A stretch of 64,000 nt of DNA from assembly GCF_030144855.1 (NCBI RefSeq), contig NC_082710.1:174778001-174842000 (forward strand). Reading direction: 5' to 3'. How positions within the stretch are numbered: position 1 is the first letter of the stretch; each line of letters opens with the position of its first letter. The position numbers were made by a program, and so were the translations under genes. This stretch comes from Hypanus sabinus (taxonomy: Eukaryota). The notes under the pieces were generated by a model, which had not been told where the DNA came from, searched no databases, and saw nothing but the letters and a program-made list of their open reading frames with translations. Of the stretch, positions 12,120 through 23,684 are shown in pieces.

Positions 12120-12940
12120 TAAGCAGGTCAGGCAACATCTATGGAAAAGAGTAAACTGTTGACAATTCAGTAGGGCTAAGACACTTCTTCAGGAAAGGAA
12201 GGGGGAAGATGTCTGAATTAAAAGGTGGGGAGGGGGAAAGAGGAAAGCAGCTAGCTGGAAGATGATAGGTGAAGCCAGGTGGACGGGAAGGTCAGGGGCA
12301 GGAGAAGAAGGAATCTGATAGGAGAGTGGACAATGGTAGAAAGGGAAGGAGGAGTGGACACAGGGGGAAGTAATAGGCAGGTGAGAAGTGAAAGGTCAGT
12401 GTGGGGGATAGAGGAGGGTGTGGAATTTGTTCACCAGAAGGAGAAATCGATGTTCATGCCATCAGGTTGGAGGGTACCCAGAAGGAATATAAGATGCTGC
12501 TCCTCCACCCTGAGGATGGCCTAATCCTGACACAAGATAAAGGCACAGATCAACACATCAGGTGGGAATGGGAATCAGAATTAAACTGTTTGACCACTGG
12601 GATGTCCCACTTGTGGCAGATGATGCAGAGGTGCTCGACGAGGTGCCCCCCCCCCCAGTTATGACAGGTCTCACCAGTGTAGAGGAGGCCGCATTGGGTG
12701 CACTGAACACAACAGATGATCCCTGCAGATTCACAGGTGAAGTGTTACCTCACCTGCAAGGACTGTTTGGAGCCCTGAATGGAGGTGAGGGAGGAGGTGT
12801 AGGATCAGGTGGAGCACTTAGGCCGCTTGCAGGGGTAAATGCCTGGAGGGAGATTAGTGGGGAGGGACGAATAGACAAGGGAATTGTGAAGACAAGGGAT
12901 CCTTGCAGAAAGCAGAGAGGGATGGAGGGGGTAAAGAAAT
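12120..12940 (-). mobile_element. Penelope-like retroelement 3' fragment (GIY-YIG end)
   Basis: Similar to 36700-37290 (tcacaggtgaagtgttacctcacctg.aaggactgtttgg.gccctgaatgg); degraded hammerhead-like tail near 12155-12195. Confidence 0.75.
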
Positions 12941-13808
12941 CTCTGTAGACTTTCCTGTGTTTATGGCCTTTAAATTATTTCATCTCTCTAACCCTAGTAA
13001 ATGGTAGATTTTCCTGTTTGTCTCCAGTTGCCAAGGCAGAGACTCTTGTGCTATAATGGACTATAATGTGAGAGCAGATTCATTGGTAAATGTCTGCATG
13101 GAGTCAGAGTTAGCAGCATCGCCATCTTTGCCAGAAATGACTTAGCAATGGAAAACAAAATACTCCTTGCTGATCTGTCTCTATTGATAATTATAAATCT
13201 AATTATGTCAAGAAAACTCTGCAGGTTTATTGGAGCGTGCCTGGCAGTGTGGTCATATCAGAGGGAGTGTATGGAGCGTCCACAGAGAGGTAGCACCTCT
13301 GGTCAGGGGGCTTATGTTACGCGTCCCTGCATTTGCGTGCCTGCAGATTCTACAATGGATCTGCTCTTCTATTAAAGAGCAAGCTCAGTATGGCACAAGG
13401 CAATTGGAGACAAGGCCACTATTTACAGAGGTTACAAATAGATTTGTCATATTTTCTCACGATAAAGATCATTGGTCATTCAGTCCAATGAGTAGATGCT
13501 GGCTCACACAGCAATCCTGCGGTTTTTTTAGCAAATAATTCATTCCCTGTCAGCAACACATCACCTTCACCATGAACCTCCTCCCACCACCCACCACCAG
13601 TGGCCATTTGGCCAACCTGCCCAACTGCCTATGGGATGTGGGTGGAAACCAGAGTACTCGGGGAGGTGGGGGGAACAAATGCAGTCATGGGGAGAATGTG
13701 TAAGCTCATCACATACACACAAACTTTCAGGAAAAATAGATGAAAGATGTGGAGGTGTCAAAATAGTGCCAGTGATACGCCAACGTAGTTTAATTACAGA
13801 ATATTGCT

Positions 13809-14358
13809 AGTGGCCACTTCATTAGGTGCACCTGTACACCTGAACATTAAAGCAAATATCAAATCGGCCAATCACGTGGCAATAACTCAATGCGTAAAAG
13901 CATGCAGACATGGTCAAGAGGTTCAGTTGTCATTCAGACCAAACATCAGAGTGGGGAAGATAGGTGATCTAAGTGATTTTGACCGTGGAATGATTGTGGA
14001 TGCCATGGTTTGGGTAACTCAAAAGTTGCTGATCTGGGATTTTCACATACAACAGTGTCTTGTGGGTTACAGAGAATCATGCGGAAAACAAAAAATAATC
14101 CAGTGAGCGACAGTTCTGTGGGTAAAAACGTCTTGTTAACGAGAGGGGTCACAGAAGATTGGCCAAAATGGTTCGAGTTGACAGGAAAGCAACAGTAACT
14201 CAAATAACCATGCGTTACAACAGTGGTGTGCAGAACAGCATCTCTGAACGCTCAATGGGTCCAACCTTGAAGAGGATGGACGACAACAGCAGAAGACCAG
14301 GAACGGGGGCCGCTTTACTAGGTACAAGAGGTATGCAATGAGGTGCCCACCAAGTGCG
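13809..14358 (+). mobile_element. Tc1/mariner-type non-autonomous DNA transposon
   Basis: Left end agtggccacttcattaggt; body homologous to the TIR-bounded copy at 26319-26857; degenerate right TIR. Confidence 0.7.
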
Positions 14359-14412
14359 TGTTGCTAATTTCCATGAAACGCTAAGACTGACATACTGTCA
14401 TTAATCAAAGGT

Positions 14413-14418
14413 TTTATT
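14413..14418 (-). terminator. Polyadenylation signal of HSP70 copy B
   Basis: AATAAA on minus strand ~210 nt after the stop codon. Confidence 0.6.
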
Positions 14419-14629
14419 GGCGTTGTATGAGTACAGTAACATGCTCAGCCAACCAGTTGTAGCTCGATATGAACATGCAGCCCAAATGTGCAACTTATTC
14501 AGGGAAAATCATCACCGCAACGCCAAATCGGACATTTGTTCAAGTCATGTAATTAATTGTTGCCAAATATAATGTGCCTGGCCAACATTACTGAAGGGTG
14601 TGATGGGAAAGGAGAAGTCGGGAAGGGAT

Positions 14630-16540
14630 TCAATCAACCTCATCTATTGTTGGACCACTGAATGAATCCCCTTTAGCGGCTTGCGTCTCAAAGCCAGGTG
14701 CTATGTCTCCCTGGTATAGCCCAAGGATGATGGGATTACAGACTTTCTCCAGACCTTTTAACTGTCTTTCAAACTCTTCCTTTTCTGCCTCCTGGTTCAC
14801 CTCCAGCCACGAAATCGCTTGATTGCAGGCTTCTATCACCTTCTTCTTGTCCTCCTCACTGACCTTTTTCTTGATCTTCTCTTCCTCCAATGAGCTCTTC
14901 GTGCTGAAGGCATAAGACTCCAGGGAGTTCTTGGCCGAGATCTTGCCGTTCAGCTGCTCATCCTGCGCCTTGTACCTCTCAGCATCTTGCACCATTCTGT
15001 CAATCTCTTCCTTACTCAGCCTGCCCTTGTCATTGGTGATGGTGATCCTGTTCTGTGTGCCGGTGATCAGGTCCACGGCCGACACATTCAGGATGCCATT
15101 GGCATCGATATCGAAGGTGACTTCTATCTGCGGCACGCCGCGAGGAGCAGGAGTGATGGAACGGAGATCAAATTTGCCCAAACGGTTGTTGTCCTTGGTC
15201 ATGGCTCCCTCACCTTCATACACCTGGATCAAAACTCCAGTTTGATCATCAGAGTTAGTGGTGAACATCCTCGTCTGCTTGGCAGGAATGGCTGTATTAC
15301 GCTTGATGAGAGTGAACATGACACCGCCTGCTATTTCAATTCCCAGTGATAACGGAGTGACATCCAGGAGAAGCAGACCTTGAACATTCTCTGACTTGTC
15401 CCCCATCAGAATGGCCGCCTGGACAGCTGCCCCATAGGCCACGGCCTCATCGGGGTTGATGCTCCTGTTCAGCTCCCTACCGTTGAAGAAATCTTGCAAT
15501 AGCATCTGGATCTTAGGGATTCGAGTGGAGCCTCCAACCAGGACAATTTCATGGATCTCAGGTTTGTCCAGCTTGGCATCTCTCAGGGCTTTCTCCACTG
15601 TCTCCAGAGTGCCCCTGAACAGGTCAGAGTTCAGCTCCTCAAACCGAGCCCTGGTGATTGAGGTGTAGAAGTCAATGCCCTCAAATAGAGCATCAACCTC
15701 AATACTGGCTCGGGTGCTGGAAGACAGGGTTCTCTTTGCTCTCTCGCAGGCCGTCCGCAGCCTCCTCACCGCTCTCTTGTTCTGGCTGATGTCCTTCTTG
15801 TATTTCTGCTTGAACTCCTCAATGAAGTGATTGACCATGCGGTTGTCAAAGTCCTCTCCTCCCAGGTGGGTATCACCGGCTGTCGATTGCACTTCAAAGA
15901 TACCGTCATCAATGGAGAGAATGGAGACGTCGAAGGTGCCACCACCCAGGTCAAAGATGAGAACATTACACTCCCCTTTGCCTTTCTTGTCCAGGCCATA
16001 GGCAATGGCAGCTGCTGTCGGTTCATTGATGACACGCAGGACATTGAGACCCGCTATCACACCAGCATCTTTGGTTGCCTGGCGCTGGGAGTCATTGAAG
16101 TAGGCAGGAACGGTAATGACAGCGTTGGTGACATTGTAGCCGAGGTAAGCCTCAGCAATCTCCTTCATCTTGGTCAGCACCATGGAGGAGATTTCCTCTG
16201 GGTAAAAGGTCTTGTTCTCCCCCTTGTACTCCACCTTCACCTTGAGCTTCCCTCCGTCACTCACCACCTGGAAGGGCCAGTGCTTCATGTCAGCCTGCAC
16301 CATCGGGTCATCAAACCTCCTCCCGATGAGCCGCTTGGCATCAAAGATGGTGTTGGCGGGGTTCATTGCCACTTGGTTCTTGGCCGCATCGCCGATGAGC
16401 CTCTCGATGTCGTTGAAGGCCACATAGCTGGGGGTGGTGCGGTTGCCCTGGTCGTTGGCGATGATCTCCAATTTGCCATGCTGGAAGACCCCCACACAGG
16501 AGTAGGTCGTGCCCAGATCGATACCGATGGCCGCTGACAT
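14630..16540 (-). CDS. hsp70: Heat shock 70 kDa protein, divergent intronless copy B (636 aa)
   Basis: Complete ORF with [35 protein letters not shown] signatures; ends GPTIDEVD. Confidence 0.95.
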   Translation of the reverse strand: MSAAIGIDLGTTYSCVGVFQHGKLEIIANDQGNRTTPSYVAFNDIERLIGDAAKNQVAMNPANTIFDAKRLIGRRFDDPMVQADMKHWPFQVVSDGGKLKVKVEYKGENKTFYPEEISSMVLTKMKEIAEAYLGYNVTNAVITVPAYFNDSQRQATKDAGVIAGLNVLRVINEPTAAAIAYGLDKKGKGECNVLIFDLGGGTFDVSILSIDDGIFEVQSTAGDTHLGGEDFDNRMVNHFIEEFKQKYKKDISQNKRAVRRLRTACERAKRTLSSSTRASIEVDALFEGIDFYTSITRARFEELNSDLFRGTLETVEKALRDAKLDKPEIHEIVLVGGSTRIPKIQMLLQDFFNGRELNRSINPDEAVAYGAAVQAAILMGDKSENVQGLLLLDVTPLSLGIEIAGGVMFTLIKRNTAIPAKQTRMFTTNSDDQTGVLIQVYEGEGAMTKDNNRLGKFDLRSITPAPRGVPQIEVTFDIDANGILNVSAVDLITGTQNRITITNDKGRLSKEEIDRMVQDAERYKAQDEQLNGKISAKNSLESYAFSTKSSLEEEKIKKKVSEEDKKKVIEACNQAISWLEVNQEAEKEEFERQLKGLEKVCNPIILGLYQGDIAPGFETQAAKGDSFSGPTIDEVD

Positions 16541-16618
16541 TGTTTAACGGAGTGTGGCAGATGCCGCAATCACAGAAGATATCCCCGCTCTCGGCGTCGT
16601 TCCTTGCCGTCTTCTTGC

Positions 16619-16792
16619 TTTACATATAGCCTTCAAGTGCGATTCCAGAATATTTTTCCCGGAATCTGATTGTTGTGGCCATCATAGCCAAAGTGCAAAT
16701 GTATCTGAACGCTATTGAAGCACAGCGTCCCCGGTGAGTGAGTGCGCTCCTCGGTTGCCATGCAAACCCAAGGACAGAAACATTTGACGTCA
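16619..16792 (-). promoter_or_regulatory. Promoter of HSP70 copy B: TATA-like, weak HSE, RFX X-box-like site, perfect CRE
   Basis: TATATGTAAA (minus) 16619-16628; aTTCcaGAAtaTTTt 16642-16656; GTTGCCATGCAAAC 16754-16767; TGACGTCA 16785-16792. Confidence 0.6.
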
Positions 16793-17011
16793 TAGAAGAT
16801 GCGAAATGACGGCAGCCGGCAGCAACTTCGCTACATGCAAAAGCGCTGTGTTCCTTCCCAACGTCAAAGCTTAAAATGGCTCAGTCTTTCGCTTAACAGA
16901 GGAATGGTTCGCCTTTGCTAGTTCCGTTCCTAGTTTTACGATTTTGGGAGGAAAACTGACCCAAAGGCTTCCATTGTATTACTCTATAAATGAGGAAAAA
17001 TAGTTCTTAAT

Positions 17012-18350
17012 TTCAAGTTCAAGTTCAAGTTCGTTTATTGTCATTCAGCCATAGATATATAGATATACCGCCACAAATAACAACGTTCCTCTTGACTAAG
17101 ATGCACAACACACTACATAATACTCACACATAACACATTAAGTAATATTACCACAAATATATTAACAAATAATAAGACATTTTCACAGCGTAAATTTGGA
17201 AAGTACGCAGTTTCCATGGTAACTACTGCTACTGGCGCTTTATACGTAATGAGGCCTGGGTGATGGCGGGGCGTTCAGTAGCCTCGTGCCCTGGAGGGAG
17301 AATCTGTTTCCCAACCTTCTCCTAATACCACTGTACCTTCTGTATGATGGTAGGGGGTCAAAGAGATTGTTAAACTGGTGGGAGGGACCACTGACCATCT
17401 TAAGTAATTGCATACGCAGCGCTCCTGGTAGATATCTGAGATCGCCCGTTCTGTGCATTCTCCACGGAGAATGGTGCAGTGAGGAGTGTCAGTCTGCACC
17501 CTCCTAAAGTCTACAAGCACCTCTTCAGGCTTATCCTCGTTGAGAATTAAGTTGTTTCTTCGCACTATTCTATCAGCGGTGCAACCTTCGCTGTCTGCAC
17601 CGACTCGTCGTCGTTGCTGATGAGGCCGATCACTATCGCCTCATCAAAGAACTTGATGATTCGGTTTGAACTAGATCTTCCAGTACAGTCAGACTACCGC
17701 AGCGTGACGGCAGCGGGCCTAGCATGCAGCCCTGGGGACCCCGGTGCTCAGCGTGACGGGCTAGAGATGTTGATACCAACACGGACTGACTGGCCTTCCT
17801 GTCAAAAAAAGTCCAAGATCCAGTTACGGAGACAAGTGTTGAGACCCAACAAGGATAGGTTACTGACCAGCTTCTGAGGCAGGAACTGAGGTGGACAAAG
17901 AGCATCCTGGCATATAAGGCACCATTCCCCAGGTGGGACTGGACAGAGTGGAATGGCATCATCAACGGACTTGTAACCGGAAAGGGTCCAGTGTCGCAGA
18001 AAGATGGGAATTAACGCGATCCATAACCAGCTGCTCAAAGCACTGGATTATTCCTCATGTCAGTGCACTGGCCGAGATAATAGTGACCGCCTCGTAGTCT
18101 GCGAGGGCAGTGGTTTGTTCCAAAGAAATTCTGAAGGTGTCTATAGCACCTCTGTTTTCTGGGCTGAACGACCTGATGTTATGAGGCCCCGCAGCTTTAC
18201 GTGGATGAACCCTGGCTAGGTCGGCGTCCTAGCCGGCACGTTGTCCGTGCGAGAAGACATTTAGCCTTGGCGGAAAGAGAGGCATCGCTGTCGTTGACGT
18301 ACATGGTGGACTTGTAGTCCGTAATGGTCTAAATGCCCCCGCCATGAAAG
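17012..18350 (-). mobile_element. Rex1/Babar-like LINE, degenerate RT region with (TTCAAG)n tail
   Basis: ORF fragments YARMLFV, PQKLVSNLSLLGLNTCLRNWILDF, GPQGCMLGPL, NNLILNEDK.EEVLVDFRR; ttcaag repeats at 17012-17030. Confidence 0.8.
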
Positions 18351-18424
18351 CTTTGTGTCTCTGGCGGTATATTCTGTGAATAATCCCGTTTTGTTTTCCT
18401 GAAGACACGGAAAATTGCGGTTTA

Positions 18425-18604
18425 TCCCCCGATCCCCCTAAACATTAGTTCTATTCCCGCCTCCGTGGGAGTAAAAAAGCCTGCTTTCATCATTCCGTCT
18501 GTGAGTCCACGGACTTCGTTGCCTACACGGTTGTGAAGGCCAAGCCATTGGTCTATCTAAAGCAGGAGGCGGGAATAGAACTAGTGTATAGGGGGATCGG
18601 GGGA
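18425..18604. repeat. 40-bp inverted repeat pair enclosing 100 bp (MITE- or hairpin-like)
   Basis: tcccccgatccccctaaacattagttctattcccgcctcc (18425-18464) matches the reverse complement of 18565-18604 with 2 mismatches. Confidence 0.85.
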
Positions 18605-19199
18605 AAGGTGAAATATTTATGGGGAACCTGAGGGGGATTTCTTCATTCAGTGCAAGTGTGGAGCGAGCTGCCCGTGGAAATGGGTTCGGTTGCAACATTC
18701 GAGAGAATTTGGGTAAGTACATGGATGGGAGGGCGAAAGAAATTCCTCCTCGTCTCTTTTCACAGGGTACGTCCTTGCATGCTGAGGTTTCCTGGGATAT
18801 CTACCCGAACCTGAGGTCGGTGACAGAGTATCAAATCAAAGAGAACTGCAGCACAGATACGGGCCCTTCGGCCCATCTAGTCTATGCTGAAATGTTAATC
18901 TGCCTACTCCCATCCACCTGCACTTGGAGCATAACTCCATACCCACCCATCCATCTATACCCCTTATGATTTGTATAGCTTTATCAAATCTCCCCTAATT
19001 CTCCTATGACCCAGGGAATAAAGTCCTAAATTGTTCGACCTTTCTCTATAACTCTGGTCCTCCTTTCAGGTGTTCACTGTAAAGGCTCCCTCTGGCATGA
19101 GTTCAGGAGGTACCCCTCACAGTACTGTCCTTAAAAAATGATTCCCGAATTTTTATCGGCAATATCCACCATAAGAGAACGGTATGGTAGCATTATTGA

Positions 19200-20315
19200 A
19201 ATGAATTGACTTTATTACTTACATCCTTCACATACATGAGGAGTAAAAATATTTATGCTATGTTTCTGTCTAAATGTGCAATAAGCAATTTGTAGTAGTT
19301 TATAATAAATAGTACGTACAACAGGACAGTCAATATAACATAGAAATACAGTTGTACCAGCAGGAATTAATCAGTCTGATGGCCTGGTGGAAGAAGCTGT
19401 CCTGGTGACTGTGGTCCTGACTTTTATGCTGTGGTACCATTTCCCAGATGGTCGCAGCTGGAACCGTTTGTGGTTGGGGTGACTCAGGTCCCCAATGATG
19501 CTTTGGGCCCTCTTTACACACACCAGTATCTGTAAATATCCTAAATAGTAGGAAGTTCACATTTACAGATGCACTGGGCTGTCTGCACCACTCTCTGCAG
19601 AGTCCTGCAATTGAGGGAATGACAGTTCCCATACCAGACAGTGATGCAGCCAGTCAGGATGCTCTCAATTGTGCCCCTGTAGAAAGTTCCTAGGATTTGA
19701 GGGCCCATACCAAACTTCTTCAACTGTCTGAGGTGAAAGAGGAGCTGTTGTGCCTTTTTCACCATAAAGCCGGTATGTAATAGACCACATGAGATCCTTG
19801 GTGATGTTTATGCTGAGGAACTTAAAGCTGCTCATCCGTTCAACCCCAGATCCATTGATGTCGATAGGGGTTAGCCCGCCTCCATTCCTCCTGTAATCCA
19901 CAACCAGTTCCTTTGTTTTTGCGACATTGAGGGAGAGGTTGTTCTCTTGACACCATTGTGTCAGAGTGATAATTTCTTCACTGTAGGCTGCCTTGTTATT
20001 AGTTGAGATTAGGCCAATCAATGTCATTAGCAAATTTAATTAGCAGGTTGGAGCTGTGGGTGACGACACAGTTGTGGGTGTACAAAGAGTAAAGGCGGGG
20101 GGCTTAGGACACAGTCCTCTGTTGAGGGTCAGAGGGTTGGAGGTGAGGGAGCCCACTCTTACCACCTGCCAACGATCTAACAGGAAGTCCAGGATCCAGC
20201 TGCACAAGGCAGGGTGAAGGCCGAGGTCTCTGAACTTCTTGTCAAGCTGAGAGGGAATTATGGTGTTGAATGCTGACCAGCATTCTCACGTGAGATCCTT
20301 CTTCTGCAGATGTGT
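19200..20315 (-). mobile_element. Rex1/Babar-like LINE 3' half
   Basis: WCQENNLSLNVAKTKELVVDYRR, KKAQQLLFHLRQLKKFGMGPQILGTFYRGTIESILTGCITVWYGNC, DSFFHQAIRLIN. Confidence 0.88.
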
Positions 20316-20689
20316 TACAGTGCTAGTGATGCAGTTCAGTTCCGCCGCTGTCCATATGGAGTCTGCACTTGCCCTCTGGACCCATGGGTTTCCCTCTCAA
20401 ATCACAAGGAAGCATGGGCAAGTAGGTTAATTGGTCACAGGGTATGCCGGAAGGGACTGTATCTCTAAATAAAATAAACAAGAACATCCAGTCCTGAAGA
20501 AGGGTCTTGGCCCCAAACGTTGACTCTTTTCCATGGATTATGCCAAGCATGCTGAGTTCCTCCAGCAATTAGCGTTTCCAGCACCTGCAGATTTTCTCAT
20601 GTGTCAAATAAGACTGTGCCCTGAAGTTGCCTGAGGCTTGGCTGTCCTGGGAAAACCGGTTTGAATTCCCATGTCTCAGAACAGAACAG

Positions 20690-21855
20690 AGAAAATCTAC
20701 AGATGCTGAAATCCAAGCAACACACATAAAATGCTGGAGGAACTCAGCAGGCCAGACAGCATCCACAGAAAAGAGTACAGTCGACGTTTCGGGCCGAGAC
20801 CCTTCATCAGGACTGCAGAAGAAAAATGATAAGAAAGAGGAAGAAGCTTGGGAGAGGGGTGGAAGAAATACAGGAGTAGGTGATAGGGAGAGGAGAAGGG
20901 CATGAAGTAAAGAGCCGGGAAGTAGATAAAGGGCAGGAGAAGAGAGAATCCGAGAGGAGAGGACAGAAGGCCATGGATTGAAGGGAAGAGGAGGAGCACC
21001 AGAGGGAGATACTGGGCAGGTAAAGAGATAATGTGAGAGAGGAAAATGGGAATGCGAAATGCTGAAGGAGGAGGGCCACTATTGGAATTTTGAGAAATTA
21101 ATGTTCATGCCATGAGGATGGAGGCTACCCAGACGGAATAAAATGTGTTGTTCCTCCAACTTATGAGTGGCCTCATCACAACAGCAGAGGAGGCCATGGC
21201 TAGACGTGTCGGAATGGGAATGTGAAATGGAATTAAAATGGGTGGGTGGCCACTGGGAGATCCCACTGTTTATGGTGGCTGGGGCATTGTTGCTCGATGA
21301 AGCGGACTCCCAATCTATGTCGGGTCTCACCGATATACAGGAAGCCAGACCAGGAGCACCGGACACAGTAGGTGTCCCCAACAGGCTCACATGTGAAATG
21401 ACGCCTCACCGGGAAGGACTGTTTGGGGTCCTGAATGGTAGTGAGGGAGGAGGTGTAGGGGCAGGTGTGGCACTTGTTCAGCTTGCAAGGGTAAGTGTTA
21501 GGAAGGAGATCAGTGGGGAGGGATGAATGGGCAAGGAGTTGGTAGGGAGTGATCCCTGCAGAAAGCAGAAAATGAAAGGAGGGGCGGCAAAGATTAGCTT
21601 AGAAGTGAGATCCTGTTGCAGATGGCAGATGTTACGGAGAATTATGGACACGGGCTGGTGGGGTGATAGGAGACCCTCTGGCATTCTCTCTCCCTACCTG
21701 CAATGGCTCTGCTCTACACGTTCTCTGACTTTCAATCGTCGGTTCTTTGCCTTTTTCGTGCCCTGTAAAGATTGGAAGGAAGATCACCCGGCCTCAGACT
21801 ACAGAATCATGCCATCTCCAACGCTGACAGGCCCGGATGTCTCCAGACCGTGATC
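20690..21855 (-). mobile_element. Penelope-like retroelement 3' part with inverted 5' piece; paralogous to 30200-31190 and 59525-60525
   Basis: THFNSISHSHSD...GLLCCCDEATHKLEEQHILFRLGSLHPHGMNINFS (GIY-YIG C-terminus); strand switch near 21670. Confidence 0.8.
20778..20815 (-). ncRNA. Minimal type I hammerhead ribozyme motif of a Penelope-like element
   Basis: Minus strand CAGUC-CUGAUGA-A-GGG(UCUCGG)CCC-GAA-ACGU-C-GACUG: core boxes, helix II, 5-bp helix I, GUC cleavage triplet, helix III reduced to palindromic ACGU. Confidence 0.75.
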
Positions 21856-21859
21856 TCAG

Positions 21860-22168
21860 TATGTTGTGGAGTGGATGGGAGACATTGACCAAGATGGCGT
21901 GCAACTTGGACAGCATCCTCTTTTCAGACACCACCGTCAGAGAGTCTAGTTCCACCCCCACAACATCACTGGCCTTACGAATGAGTTCGTTGATTCTGCT
22001 GGTGTCTGCTACCCTCAGCCTGCTGCCCCAGCACACAACAGCAAACATGATAGCACTGGCCACCACAGACTCGTAGAACATCCTCAGCATCGTTCGGCGG
22101 ATGTTAAAGGACCTCAGTCTCCTCAGGAAATAGGGACAGCTCTCACCCTTCTTGTAGGCCGTTTTCAA
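21860..22168 (-). mobile_element. Rex1/Babar-like LINE fragment
   Basis: YFLRRLRSFNIRRTMLRMFYESVVASAIMFAVVCWG...INELIRKAS...HPLH; same fragment inverted at 46501-46850. Confidence 0.85.
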
Positions 22169-23396
22169 TGCTTCCTTTCAAAATAAAATCCCTCAGCTTC
22201 AGGAATTTGCTCAAGTCTGTGTGTTGATCCAGTATTGCTGATGATATCATTCCAATGCCTTGACGGCCCCCTATAGGTTGTCCTCGTCTGGGGACAGAGT
22301 GGTGGGGTGGCTATGTCTTGTGAGGATCTGAATTTAACAGGTGTCAATTGTACCTTTCTCCTTCTTAGTAATGCCACCAACATCGCAGATATTACCCCAG
22401 TATCTCTTCAGTAACAAACAGGAGAGAATTCCTATCCTCAGGAATACTTCCATTCCATTAAACCTCCTGTAAGCAACTGCCCTGGGTGTCAGTGTCCTCG
22501 AGAGAAATGGCGTCTTGTATACACGTACTGTGAACACAAATTAGGAGGAACTTCCTTAGTCAAAGTGTGAATCTGCCGAGGCCCCAAGTCATTGGATATA
22601 TTTAGGAGATTGGTACTTCCTTCATTAGTGAGGGTATCAAAAGTTATGCAGGGAGAGGGAGAGGGAGAATGGGATAGAGGAGGAAAATAAATAAGCAATA
22701 ATCCTATACTGAATCAGTATCGATCAGCTCAATGGACTCATTCTGTTCCTCTGTGTTTGGGCTTATCGACGGGGTGAGATTTCATTCAGGAGTTTAATAA
22801 CCATCTATGTAGAGCCTACAGAAATGCCTGCAAGGCTTGAAATGATTAATACGTAAAAATTCTTTGTAAACTCAACTCAGAAAATGCACACACATTTTCT
22901 CATAATCATACAAGTCCCCCCGCCATCTACCTGTTCAGACCCACACTCCTCACCACAGAGCCGACTGCAACAACCAGTCCTCATTCCCAGCATGTGGGTG
23001 TGGAATCCTCCCCCAAGGCAGCTAATTATACTTTGTCGGGGGGCAATGTTGGAGCTGCTGCCCAAGGCCAACATCACTGGATCTGTCCACGTTGAGGGTT
23101 AGTCACCTTCCTGAAGGACCACAGGCCTTCTGGTAAAGTAATGCCACACGGAACCTGTGAGAGTGGGGAAGTGTTAACAACCAGATCCAGAAACAAGGAA
23201 CAGTGTGATGGGATCTGGGAGGAAGATATCCCTGGGAAAGGGAGCCTGGGGAAGGGTCACCCGATTATATGCAGCAGTATTTTAACACCCATAAATTGGG
23301 GACTTCCAATTTTTTTAAAAAAACAAAAGGAACAATCTTCCTTCCCGGCTAGGCTGGTATTTAAATAAAATTACAGACAATTGAAAAATTAAACAA

Positions 23397-23402
23397 TTTA
23401 TT
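23397..23402 (-). terminator. Polyadenylation signal of HSP70 copy C
   Basis: AATAAA (minus) ~285 nt after the stop; conserved in copy D at 39676-39681. Confidence 0.65.
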
Positions 23403-23684
23403 CAAAGCAAATATAACAAGATATTTAATACTGTACAACATTTACATTCCAAAAGTGGTGACATTAAAAAAATACCCCCGATACAGAGAACCCGATCAAA
23501 GGAATTGAATAGTCCAGTTACCAGTGTTTACAATTAGAACATCACAGCCAGACTCAGGACATTGACATGACCCAGTGGTGTTACAGTGGAGACTATTCCC
23601 AAGAGCCAACATCAGCATCAGACCCACTGAAGTGTCCAGAGAGCTCAAACTGAGCAAGCCCCATACTGTCACATTTACAGTCCT

